Positions 10,184 to 18,328 of a stretch of DNA of 64,000 nucleotides are shown one piece after another. The stretch is from NCBI GenBank assembly GCA_043827405.1, contig JBDRPD010000108.1, positions 1 to 64,000 on the forward strand. Reading direction: 5' to 3'. The notes under the pieces were generated by a model. That model saw nothing but the letters and a program-made list of their open reading frames with translations. It was not told where the DNA came from and searched no databases. This stretch comes from Elusimicrobiota bacterium. Lineage in GTDB: Bacteria > Elusimicrobiota > Elusimicrobia > UBA1565. Each line of letters begins with the position of its first letter. The first letter of the stretch is position 1. A program made the position numbers and the translations under genes.

Positions 10184-10461
10184 GACTTGGCGGCGGCTTT
10201 CTTAACCTTCGCCGCCAGGCGGGATTTCCGACGGGCGGCCGTCTTCCAATGGACACCGCCCTTCTTAACCGCTTTGTCCCACTGCGAGGACGCAGAGGAC
10301 AGCTTATTCTTGCCTAACTCCGCGTCACCCGCGGCCGCGAGCGCGGCTTTGGACTCTTCCTTCGCCTTCTTGATCATGGCGCGGTTGCGGTACCTGTTGC
10401 GCAGCGCCTGACGCTCCGCCTTCTGGGCACTCGTGTGCCGGCCTGTTTTTAGCTTCGCCAT
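10180..10461 (-). CDS. rpsT: 30S ribosomal protein S20
   Basis: SAQKAERQA...N, DKAVKKGGVHWKTAARRKSRL. ATG at 10461. Confidence 0.95.
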   Translation of the reverse strand: MAKLKTGRHTSAQKAERQALRNRYRNRAMIKKAKEESKAALAAAGDAELGKNKLSSASSQWDKAVKKGGVHWKTAARRKSRLAAKVKKAAAKS

Positions 10462-10469
10462 AGGAAGGC

Positions 10470-10475
10470 AGTATA
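10470..10475 (-). promoter_or_regulatory. -10 box for rpsT
   Basis: TATACT on the minus strand, 8 nt upstream of ATG 10461. Confidence 0.5.
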
Positions 10476-10501
10476 CCTTTTCCGTCGGAGAATGGTCAAT
10501 C

Positions 10502-10510
10502 TGATAAAAT
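10502..10510 (+). promoter_or_regulatory. Extended -10 promoter for uvrC
   Basis: TGaTAAAAT, 6 nt upstream of ATG 10517. Confidence 0.55.
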
Positions 10511-10516
10511 AGCCCC

Positions 10517-11821
10517 ATGCCGGAGCCCGCTCCCGAACGCCAGCACCTGCCCCATGCCTGCGGGGTCTATATCATGCGCGACGCCGCCATGGGCGTCCTC
10601 TACGTCGGCAAAGCCAAGGATTTGGCCAAGCGCGTAGCGCAGTACTTCAACCCCAATAAGCCGGAGCTGAAGAACCAGCTGCTGGCGCCCCTGGTCCGCG
10701 CCATCGACTACATCTACTGCGCCTCCGAGCGCGAAGCGCTGATCTGGGAGAACCGCCTAATCAAGCGGCATCAGCCGTTCTTCAATGCGATGCTGAAGGA
10801 CGACAAGAGCTACCCCTACATCCGTCTATCGATGAACGAGGATTTTCCACGCCTCCGCATCGCCCGCCGCAAGCAGCGCGACGGCGCGCTCTATTTCGGT
10901 CCGTATCCGCGGGTCGGCCCCATCCGCAGCCTGCTGCGGCGCCTGTGGAAGCGGCGCATATTCCCGCTGCGTCCCTGCGACTGGAGCTTCTCGGCGCGGC
11001 GTCCGCTGGAGCGGGAAAAAATCCAGAGCTGCCTGTACTACCATACGGGAGAATGCCCCGCGCCCTGCGCCGGCCGCATCACTCCGGCGGCCTACCGGCG
11101 TATCGCCGACGGCGCCGCCTTGTTCTTCTGCGGGCAGTACCGCAAGCTGCGCCGCTCGCTCGAGCGCAAGATGCGCACCGCGTCCAAGGCTCTCGAATAC
11201 GAAAAGGCCGCGGCGCTGCGCGACACGCTCGAGGGGATCGCTCACATGGGAGAGCGCGTCCGCTACCAGGAGGTGCGGCCGAACAAGGTCACGGCCCGCC
11301 TCGACGCCTCGCGCGCCGTCACCGATCTCCAGCAGGCGCTGCGCCTGCCCCGGCCGCCCCATGCCGTCGAATGCTTCGACATCAGCCACCTGCACGGGAG
11401 AGGGACCGTCGCCTCCATGGTCCGCTTTTCCGGCGGAGCGCCGGAGAAGAGCCGCTATCGCCGTTACCGCATCCGCACGGTCTCAGGTATTGACGACTGC
11501 GCCTCCATTGCGGAAGCGGTGCACCGGCGCTACCGCGCCCTGCGGACGGAGAAAAAGGCCCTGCCCGATCTAATTCTTATCGACGGCGGCAAGGGCCAGC
11601 TGGCGGCGGCCGCCAAGAGCCTGGCGGAGCTTAAGCTGAACATCCCCCTCGCCGCGCTGGCCAAGCGTGATGAAGAGATATTTTTACCCGGACGCGGCCG
11701 TGCGGTGCGCCTGGAACGGAACCGCCCCGCCCTGCGCCTGCTGCAGCGCCTGCGCGACGAGGCTCACCGGTTCGCCGTCTCCTACAACCGCCTGCTGCGG
11801 AAAAAGGAACTGCTGGGCTGA
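10517..11821 (+). CDS. uvrC: Excinuclease ABC subunit C (no C-terminal HhH domain)
   Basis: GIY-YIG (GVYIMRD...LYVGKAKDL), LKDDKSYPY, Cys cluster, UVR domain, ECFDISH, DLILIDGGKGQL, RDEAHRFA. Confidence 0.93.
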   Translation: MPEPAPERQHLPHACGVYIMRDAAMGVLYVGKAKDLAKRVAQYFNPNKPELKNQLLAPLVRAIDYIYCASEREALIWENRLIKRHQPFFNAMLKDDKSYPYIRLSMNEDFPRLRIARRKQRDGALYFGPYPRVGPIRSLLRRLWKRRIFPLRPCDWSFSARRPLEREKIQSCLYYHTGECPAPCAGRITPAAYRRIADGAALFFCGQYRKLRRSLERKMRTASKALEYEKAAALRDTLEGIAHMGERVRYQEVRPNKVTARLDASRAVTDLQQALRLPRPPHAVECFDISHLHGRGTVASMVRFSGGAPEKSRYRRYRIRTVSGIDDCASIAEAVHRRYRALRTEKKALPDLILIDGGKGQLAAAAKSLAELKLNIPLAALAKRDEEIFLPGRGRAVRLERNRPALRLLQRLRDEAHRFAVSYNRLLRKKELLG

Positions 11822-11822
11822 A

Positions 11823-13010
11823 TCACCGCTCCACGGTATCCGGCGGCCCGAAAAACTTGACGACCTTATCCCGCCGGGCCAGCCACAAGCCCTTGCCGTA
11901 GACCCCGGCCCAGACCCGCCCGTTCGGTCCGAGATGGAGGGCGCTGACGGATTCGCCCGCCAAGCCTTCGCCGGGGCCGTACCTCTTCCAGCCCGGGCCG
12001 GCATTGCAGTAGATCCCGCTGCGCCAGGAGGCGGCCCATAGCGGGCCGTCGCCGAGTTGCGCGAAGCTTGTGATCCAGCGTCCGGGAAGCTCGCGGGAAA
12101 CCTCTTCGCCCCGGCCGTCGAGAACAACGAAGCCGTTGAGGGTCGCCGCGAAAATATTGCCGTTGGGGCGGACCGATACCGCGGTTATCCGCTCATCTCC
12201 CTTGGGCATCCGCCAGAACACCGACCATGATCCGTCCCGGCGCACGAAGACTTTCTGCGCGCCCGCGGCGTAGAGATTTCCCCGGGAGTCGAAAGCGACG
12301 GAATGGAGAGACTCCCGCATCTCCGGATCGCGGACCAGGCGCGACATATTGGAATCCCAGCCCCACAGCCCGCCCGCGGCGAATACGACTTCATTGCCAA
12401 AAGAGGCGATCTCCGCGACCTTGCCCTTGGGGGGATCCTCCCGCCGCAGCACCTCGGTCCACCGGCCGTCGTGATAGCGCAGCGCGGTGCCGTGCCACCC
12501 TCCGAGCCAGAGCGCCCCATCAACGGAGAAATGCGCGCAGGCGAACGCAGCAAGATCTTTGCCAAAAATCTTGCGATGCGAAACCGGATCCATAAGGGTC
12601 GCGAAGCTCCCGGCAGCACGGAGATCGAAACGGTGCACGCCGTACTTGGTTACTACCCAGACCGAACCATCCGGCGCGGTCAACACATCCATAACGGAAG
12701 GATACACGCCCTTAAGCTCAACAAAAACCCCGTCGTCGAGCGTTCGCTCAAGCGCGGAAGGGTCCTTGACCTGGATTTGCAGAACGTCCTTGGACTTCCA
12801 TCTCCGAGCGACGACCGGCTGCGCAAAATCGAATCCATGGCGCACGGCCTTCCATACCTTAAGACCCGATCCCAGAGCAACGATGAGAAACAACCCCAAG
12901 GATAAGCCTTTGATTTCGACCCGCTTGGGCTCAATCGGATGGGAGCAGCGGGGGCACGGCGTTCCCGCCGGCTTCTTCAACCCGCAATGCGAGCATTCTA
13001 TCTGCGCCAT
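11823..13010 (-). CDS. Bitopic protein: N-terminal zinc ribbon, one TM, extracytoplasmic beta-propeller (two-component-regulator-propeller-like)
   Basis: CSHC...CPRC, TM LSLGLFLIVALG, repeated DGSVWV/DGALWLG/GNLYA/GPLWA/GRVWAG blades. ATG 13010. Confidence 0.75.
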   Translation of the reverse strand: MAQIECSHCGLKKPAGTPCPRCSHPIEPKRVEIKGLSLGLFLIVALGSGLKVWKAVRHGFDFAQPVVARRWKSKDVLQIQVKDPSALERTLDDGVFVELKGVYPSVMDVLTAPDGSVWVVTKYGVHRFDLRAAGSFATLMDPVSHRKIFGKDLAAFACAHFSVDGALWLGGWHGTALRYHDGRWTEVLRREDPPKGKVAEIASFGNEVVFAAGGLWGWDSNMSRLVRDPEMRESLHSVAFDSRGNLYAAGAQKVFVRRDGSWSVFWRMPKGDERITAVSVRPNGNIFAATLNGFVVLDGRGEEVSRELPGRWITSFAQLGDGPLWAASWRSGIYCNAGPGWKRYGPGEGLAGESVSALHLGPNGRVWAGVYGKGLWLARRDKVVKFFGPPDTVER

Positions 13011-13024
13011 ACGTAAGATATAGT

Positions 13025-13333
13025 ATGAAAATGAAGCTGTCTGCCCGCATTTGCCGCGAGATGAAGCACTACCCCGCGTTCTATCAGCAGGTCTGGCGCG
13101 CCTGCGCGCAGATACCCCGAGGCCAGGTGCGGACCTATGGCTGGATCGCGCGCCGGATCGGCCGGCCCGGCGCAGCGCGCGCCGTGGGCCAAGCGCTGGC
13201 AAAGAATCCTTTTGCCCCCCAGGTCCCATGCCACCGGGTCGTCGGCGCCGGCGGAAAAATGACGGGCTTCTCGGCGCCGGGCGGCATTCGCGCCAAGCGG
13301 AACCTGCTCAAGAAGGAGGGCGCGCTGGCGTAA
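13025..13333 (+). CDS. ogt: Methylated-DNA--protein-cysteine methyltransferase (single domain)
   Basis: IPRGQVRTYG, ARAVGQALAKNP, active-site PCHRV. Confidence 0.9.
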   Translation: MKMKLSARICREMKHYPAFYQQVWRACAQIPRGQVRTYGWIARRIGRPGAARAVGQALAKNPFAPQVPCHRVVGAGGKMTGFSAPGGIRAKRNLLKKEGALA

Positions 13334-13406
13334 ATGCGTCCCGAAACCAGCGGCGAGGGCCGCGCCCTAATCTCGACTCCGGCAGCGAATAATATAGACT
13401 GCTCCC

Positions 13407-15362
13407 ATGAAGGAAGGTGCGAAACGATGGGTATTCGCGTCCGGAATATTTATCTTATTCGTTGTCTGCGCGAACCCCGCCCCACTGCGTTATCTTATAC
13501 GAACGCCGGGCGCCTTCGGCCTGCATTCACTGGTCGGAATACTCAGTAATAGCCTGCCGTCTCTACTATTGGCCGGCTTCTTCTGCGCCAGCGCCTGGGG
13601 CGCTGGGCGGTGCCTGCTGCGGATTATTTCGCCCCTTGCGACGGAGCCCGAGCACGAAGCCGCGGCCTTCGCGCTCGGCGCCGGCACCTGGGGGTTGACG
13701 CTCTTTATGCTCGGGCGGTTCGGCTTATTCCAGCCGGCGGCGGCGTGGGCAACGGCTGTTGCCGCGGCAGCGGCCGCCTGGCCCGCATGGCGACGCGCGG
13801 GGCGCGGCGCGCGCCCGAACCGCAGCCAAACGCTGTCCTGGGGGCGCGTCCTCGCCGCATGTGTTCTCGCGTTGGCGGCATGGCACGTCCTCGTACACGC
13901 GCTCGCGCCCCCCATCGACGCGGACGCTCTCGCCTATCACCTCGCGCTGCCCAAGCTTTATCTGCGCGCGGGCGAAATACGCACGATATCCTGGCTCATC
14001 TTCAGCCACTGGCCGCACCTCGTCAGCCTATTGTTCGCGCTACCGCTGTCGCTGGGCCTCGACAATGCCGCCGCGCTCCTACATGTCGGTGCCGGAACGG
14101 CGCTGATCGCGAGCGTCTTTCTTATCGCGCGCGAGGAGTTCGACGCACCGACGGCTTGGACGGCCGCTGCCGTCCTCGCCGTCCAGCCCGTCCTTACCCG
14201 CTACGTCGGCGCGCCCCGTATCGAAGCGTGGTGGGCGCTTTTTCACTTCCTGGCGTTTCACTCGGCCTGGCGCTGGAGCCGCAGCGGAGACCGGTCCTGG
14301 CTGCTGCGCGCGGCGCTGCTGGCCGGTTTGGCCGCCTCGGTCAAGCTCATCGGCCTCGCGCCGCTGGCGATCCTCGGCACCTGGATTCTGCTGCGGAGGA
14401 GCCCGGCCCCGCTCCAAGAGCGGGCGCGCTGCGCCTGCTTGACGATGGGGCTCGGCACCGCCGTCGCTTTCCCATGGCTCCTGGCGACCTGGTGGACGAC
14501 GGGCAATCCCGTATGGCCTTATCTGAGCGGGTTATTCGGCGGCGCGGACGGCGCCGCGTATCTCGCCGACAGATTCACCCGGCTCAACCACTGGCCGGCA
14601 TGGACAAACCTGGAGGTCCTGCTCCGCAACGGACCGCAGTACCTGCTCATCCCGACGCTGCTCATGACGCTCCTGAACCTCCGCGACCGGACAAAACTGC
14701 CGCCGTACCTGCGCTTTCAGGCGGCGACGTTTCTGCCTTACGCGCTGCTCGTCTGCTGGAACTACGAAGCCTGGCGCTACTGCGTCCCGTGGATGCCGGC
14801 GCTGGCGCTCACGACCGCCTGGGGCTTTGTCCGACTATGGAAGCGCGGCGGCGGGCGCGCGGCGGCGGCGGCGCTGCTGCTGGGTTTCGCCATTATCCCG
14901 CTGCTGCGCCTGGGCCAGAGCAACGCGCTGTTCGCCGTCCTTGAACTGCGTTCGCGCTCCCGCCCAGACCTGCCGCCGCGCGAGATCTTTCTGCGCCAGT
15001 CGTTCCCCCCCTACGCTTTGCATCGGGCGGTGTCGCGGCAGGTCGGCGAATCCCCCGCGCGCGTACTCCTCTTCCATGAGTCCATGGGATACTACCTCGA
15101 CGCGGATTATCTATGGGGGGTTCCGGCTTTCCAGAGCCTCATCCGCTATGATGAGCTCACCGACGGCGGCGCTCTGCGCGTACGGCTAAGGGAGTTGGGG
15201 ATAACGCACGTTATCATCCAGGTGCCGTTTCCCGGCTACTACGAGTACCGCGCGGCGGCGTTGATGCATCAACTGCTCGCCGAGGTCGGTCCTCCCATCA
15301 CTAAGGAAAGCGGACATGCGCTGTATGCGCTGACCCCGCACCCGGCGCGGACCGCTCCCTAA
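13407..15362 (+). CDS. Multi-TM GT-C fold glycosyltransferase-like protein (ArnT/PMT-like)
   Basis: PPIDADALAYHLALPKLY loop, more than 10 TM helices, TGNPVWPY, C-terminal LRELGITHV domain. Confidence 0.7.
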   Translation: MKEGAKRWVFASGIFILFVVCANPAPLRYLIRTPGAFGLHSLVGILSNSLPSLLLAGFFCASAWGAGRCLLRIISPLATEPEHEAAAFALGAGTWGLTLFMLGRFGLFQPAAAWATAVAAAAAAWPAWRRAGRGARPNRSQTLSWGRVLAACVLALAAWHVLVHALAPPIDADALAYHLALPKLYLRAGEIRTISWLIFSHWPHLVSLLFALPLSLGLDNAAALLHVGAGTALIASVFLIAREEFDAPTAWTAAAVLAVQPVLTRYVGAPRIEAWWALFHFLAFHSAWRWSRSGDRSWLLRAALLAGLAASVKLIGLAPLAILGTWILLRRSPAPLQERARCACLTMGLGTAVAFPWLLATWWTTGNPVWPYLSGLFGGADGAAYLADRFTRLNHWPAWTNLEVLLRNGPQYLLIPTLLMTLLNLRDRTKLPPYLRFQAATFLPYALLVCWNYEAWRYCVPWMPALALTTAWGFVRLWKRGGGRAAAAALLLGFAIIPLLRLGQSNALFAVLELRSRSRPDLPPREIFLRQSFPPYALHRAVSRQVGESPARVLLFHESMGYYLDADYLWGVPAFQSLIRYDELTDGGALRVRLRELGITHVIIQVPFPGYYEYRAAALMHQLLAEVGPPITKESGHALYALTPHPARTAP

Positions 15363-15904
15363 TCCCAGCCCCGGTAGCGCAGCCGGAAAGCGGGGCGGAT
15401 GGGCGCATTATCGCTTCTCGTACTTTTATCCGCGAACTCCGCATCTTTTTCTTCGGCCACTAAAGCGAGCACTTCACCGACGACATCGCCGGCATCCTTG
15501 CCCGAGGAGATCGAAGCGATCACGGTCACCGCATGGCGCGCATCCACCGCCATAGGCGGGGAAGCGGTCCAATAAATCGGCCGGGCCGGGTCCCCCTTGT
15601 AGTACCAGCTGCCGCCGCGAGGCACCATCGGCCAGCGGATCGTTTTGCCGGCGTATTTTCGCGGGTCGCGCCGAACGTCATCATAGGTCAGAGGGGTCGC
15701 ATGCCGCGTCAGCTGCCAGGACTCGAGCCAGTTGGCGGCAGCCAAGGGCGACCAGAGGACGAGGTAGAGCGAGAAACCCGCGGCCAACCCCGCGCATAAC
15801 AGCCCCGGCCAACGCTTAAGCCGCCGCCGCAGCTGCCGGCGGCCGCGCAGGGACAGACTGGACAGTATCAACCAGCGCGCGGTTCTATACCCGGCGCTTG
15901 TCAT
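15359..15904 (-). CDS. Hypothetical membrane-anchored protein
   Basis: One TM then TYDDVRRDPRKYAGKTIRW (OB-fold-like motif). Start uncertain (15904 or 15946). Confidence 0.55.
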   Translation of the reverse strand: MTSAGYRTARWLILSSLSLRGRRQLRRRLKRWPGLLCAGLAAGFSLYLVLWSPLAAANWLESWQLTRHATPLTYDDVRRDPRKYAGKTIRWPMVPRGGSWYYKGDPARPIYWTASPPMAVDARHAVTVIASISSGKDAGDVVGEVLALVAEEKDAEFADKSTRSDNAPIRPAFRLRYRGWD

Positions 15905-15954
15905 AGGCCATGCCGACGTTATAACCGAACGCGCGGAGAGTTGCAAGCCGCTCC

Positions 15955-15979
15955 AGATAACCTGCCTGGCACCTTATCT
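15955..15979. repeat. Imperfect palindrome (possible terminator or REP-like element) just downstream of pilC
   Basis: AGATAA-CCTGCCTGGCACC-TTATCT. Two substitutions away from the perfect AGATAAGGTGCC-T-GGCACCTTATCT. Confidence 0.4.
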
Positions 15980-15985
15980 AAACGG

Positions 15986-17209
15986 CTATTCGACCATGCC
16001 GCCCATCTCGAACATGGGCATGAACATCGCGATAACGATGGTGCCGATGACGACGCCCATGACACAGATAACCATGGGCTCGATCATCGAGGTCAGCCCC
16101 TTGACCGCGGCGTCGACCTCCGTGTCATAGAAGTCGGCGATCTTTTCGAGCATCTGGTCGAGACAGCCCGTTTCCTCACCGACGCCGATCATCTGCGTGA
16201 CCATGGCTGGAAATACCCCGCTGGCCTTGAGCGGCGTCGCCAGATTGCCGCCCTCGCGCACGTTCTCCCGCGCCGCCAGGATATGCTTTTCGAGAACGAC
16301 GTTGCCCGAGGTAGCGGCCACCGTCTCCAGCCCCTGCATAATCGGCACGCCGGACTTGATGAGGGTGCCGAGGGTGCGTGTGAACTTGGCCACCGCGACC
16401 TTCTTGAGGATGATGCCGAAGACCGGGGACTTCAGGCTCTTCTCGTCGATCCAGGCCCGCCCCTGGGGCTTTGAGTAGGCGTAGTTGACCCCCTTCCAGA
16501 ACGCGAAAGGGCCGCCGATAACCACATACCAGAAATCACGAAAGAAGTCCGACAGGTCAACGAGCATTTGCGTCAGGAAAGGCAGCTCGGCGTTAAAACC
16601 TTCAAAGATCTTCTGGAAGGTCGGGATAACGAACATGATCAGGAACACGGTAACCACACCGCAGACGATCAGCATGATCATCGGATACATCATGGCGGAC
16701 TTTACCTTGGCCTTAAGGGCTTCAGCCGACTCCAGGAATCCAGAAAGGCGCTCGAGAATGGTGTCCAGGATACCGCCGAGCTCGCCGGCGCGTATCATGG
16801 CGCAATAGATGTCGGGGAATGCGCTGGGATGCTTCTTGAGCGCGTCCGAAATAGACAAACCCGCCTCGATGTCCTCGCGCACCTCCCAGATAATGTTGCG
16901 AAACGTCGGGTTCTCCGCCTGCTCCTCCAGGATTGAAAGGCTCTGCACGATCGGCACGCCGGCGGAGACCAAGGTCGACAGCTGGCGCGAGAACAGGACC
17001 AAGTCCTTCGCCGCGACGGGCGGCGGACCGAACATCGGCAGCTTCGCCAGGATCGGGTCGAGCGGGTTGGGCGCTTTCTCGGTCAGCTCGACGATGGTCA
17101 GCTTCATCTGATGAATCCGCTCTTTGGCCGCCTTCTCTTTCGGCGCTATTAACATGCCCGCTTTCTCGACGCCCTTGGAGTCCTTGGCTATATAAGAGAA
17201 CTTCGGCAT
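15986..17209 (-). CDS. pilC: Type IV pilus inner-membrane platform protein (T2SS F family)
   Basis: FSRQLSTLVSAGVPI, AGELGGILD, KVKSAMMYP, FTRTLGTLIKSGVP, GEETG, MIEP. Confidence 0.95.
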   Translation of the reverse strand: MPKFSYIAKDSKGVEKAGMLIAPKEKAAKERIHQMKLTIVELTEKAPNPLDPILAKLPMFGPPPVAAKDLVLFSRQLSTLVSAGVPIVQSLSILEEQAENPTFRNIIWEVREDIEAGLSISDALKKHPSAFPDIYCAMIRAGELGGILDTILERLSGFLESAEALKAKVKSAMMYPMIMLIVCGVVTVFLIMFVIPTFQKIFEGFNAELPFLTQMLVDLSDFFRDFWYVVIGGPFAFWKGVNYAYSKPQGRAWIDEKSLKSPVFGIILKKVAVAKFTRTLGTLIKSGVPIMQGLETVAATSGNVVLEKHILAARENVREGGNLATPLKASGVFPAMVTQMIGVGEETGCLDQMLEKIADFYDTEVDAAVKGLTSMIEPMVICVMGVVIGTIVIAMFMPMFEMGGMVE

Positions 17210-17226
17210 AGTGTCCCCGCCCGGTT

Positions 17227-18318
17227 CTATTTTTGCGGCGCTTGCGGCGCCGCCTGCATCGCCCGCTGGATAAGCCGTTTGAGATCCTCAGGATCGGACG
17301 AGCGCAGCACCGCTTCCTGATAGGAAATCCGCTTCTTCTGGTACAGCGCGGCCAGCGACTGGTTCATCGTCTGCATGCCGAACTTGCCGCCGGTCTGGAT
17401 GGTGAGCATCATCTGCTCCGTCTTCTGTTCGCGTACCAGGTTGCGGATGGCCGAGGTAACCATCATCACCTCGCAGGCCAAGGCCCGACCCTGGCCCGAG
17501 ATATGCGGCACCAAAGTCTGGCAGAAGACCGCCTGCAGCACGAAGGACAGCTGCACACGCACCTGCTCCTGCTGATGCGGCGGGAATACGTCGACGATGC
17601 GATTGATGGTCTGTGCGGTGTCGTTGGTGTGCAGGGTGGCGAAGACGAGGTGGCCGGTCTCGGCGATGGTAAGCGCCGCCTGGATGGTCTCGAGATCGCG
17701 CAGCTCGCCGATCAGGATCACGTCCGGGTCCTGCCGCAGCACGGTCTTCAGCGCCGCCTTAAACATCTCGGTATCCTGGCCGACCTCGCGCTGGTTGACG
17801 AGGCACTTCTTATGCATGTGCACATACTCGATCGGGTCCTCGATGGTCATGATATGCAGCGCCTTGCGCTCGTTGACGTAATCGATCATGCTCGCCAGCG
17901 TCGTCGACTTGCCGCTGCCCGTGGGGCCGGTAACGAGCACCAGCCCTTTAGGAATCTTCATCACGTCATAGATCACCCGCGGCAGGCCCATCTCTTCGAA
18001 GGTCATAAAAGTCTGCGGAATGGAACGGATGGCGGCGCCGACGGCGCCGCGCTGCCGGTACACGTTCATGCGCAGCCGGCCGATGCCCTTGAGGCCAAAG
18101 GCCATATCCAGCTCATTCTTCGCCTCGAAGCGCTGGCACTGGGCGTCGGTCATCATCGAAAAGGTGAGCTGCTGGGTCATCTCGGCGTTAAGCTTCTCGA
18201 ACGGGGTGGGAACGAGCTCCCCGTCGATGCGCAGCGTGGGCGGCGCGCCGGACGTGATATGGAGGTCGGACGCGCCCCGCTCGTGCATCATTAAGAAAAG
18301 TTCACTCATCGATACCAT
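17227..18318 (-). CDS. pilT: Type IV pilus retraction ATPase
   Basis: ASDLHI, GPTGSGKSTT, TIEDPIE, LRQDPDVILIGE, AIRNLVRE, GMQTMNQ. Confidence 0.96.
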   Translation of the reverse strand: MVSMSELFLMMHERGASDLHITSGAPPTLRIDGELVPTPFEKLNAEMTQQLTFSMMTDAQCQRFEAKNELDMAFGLKGIGRLRMNVYRQRGAVGAAIRSIPQTFMTFEEMGLPRVIYDVMKIPKGLVLVTGPTGSGKSTTLASMIDYVNERKALHIMTIEDPIEYVHMHKKCLVNQREVGQDTEMFKAALKTVLRQDPDVILIGELRDLETIQAALTIAETGHLVFATLHTNDTAQTINRIVDVFPPHQQEQVRVQLSFVLQAVFCQTLVPHISGQGRALACEVMMVTSAIRNLVREQKTEQMMLTIQTGGKFGMQTMNQSLAALYQKKRISYQEAVLRSSDPEDLKRLIQRAMQAAPQAPQK

Positions 18319-18328
18319 GCGTTATCTC

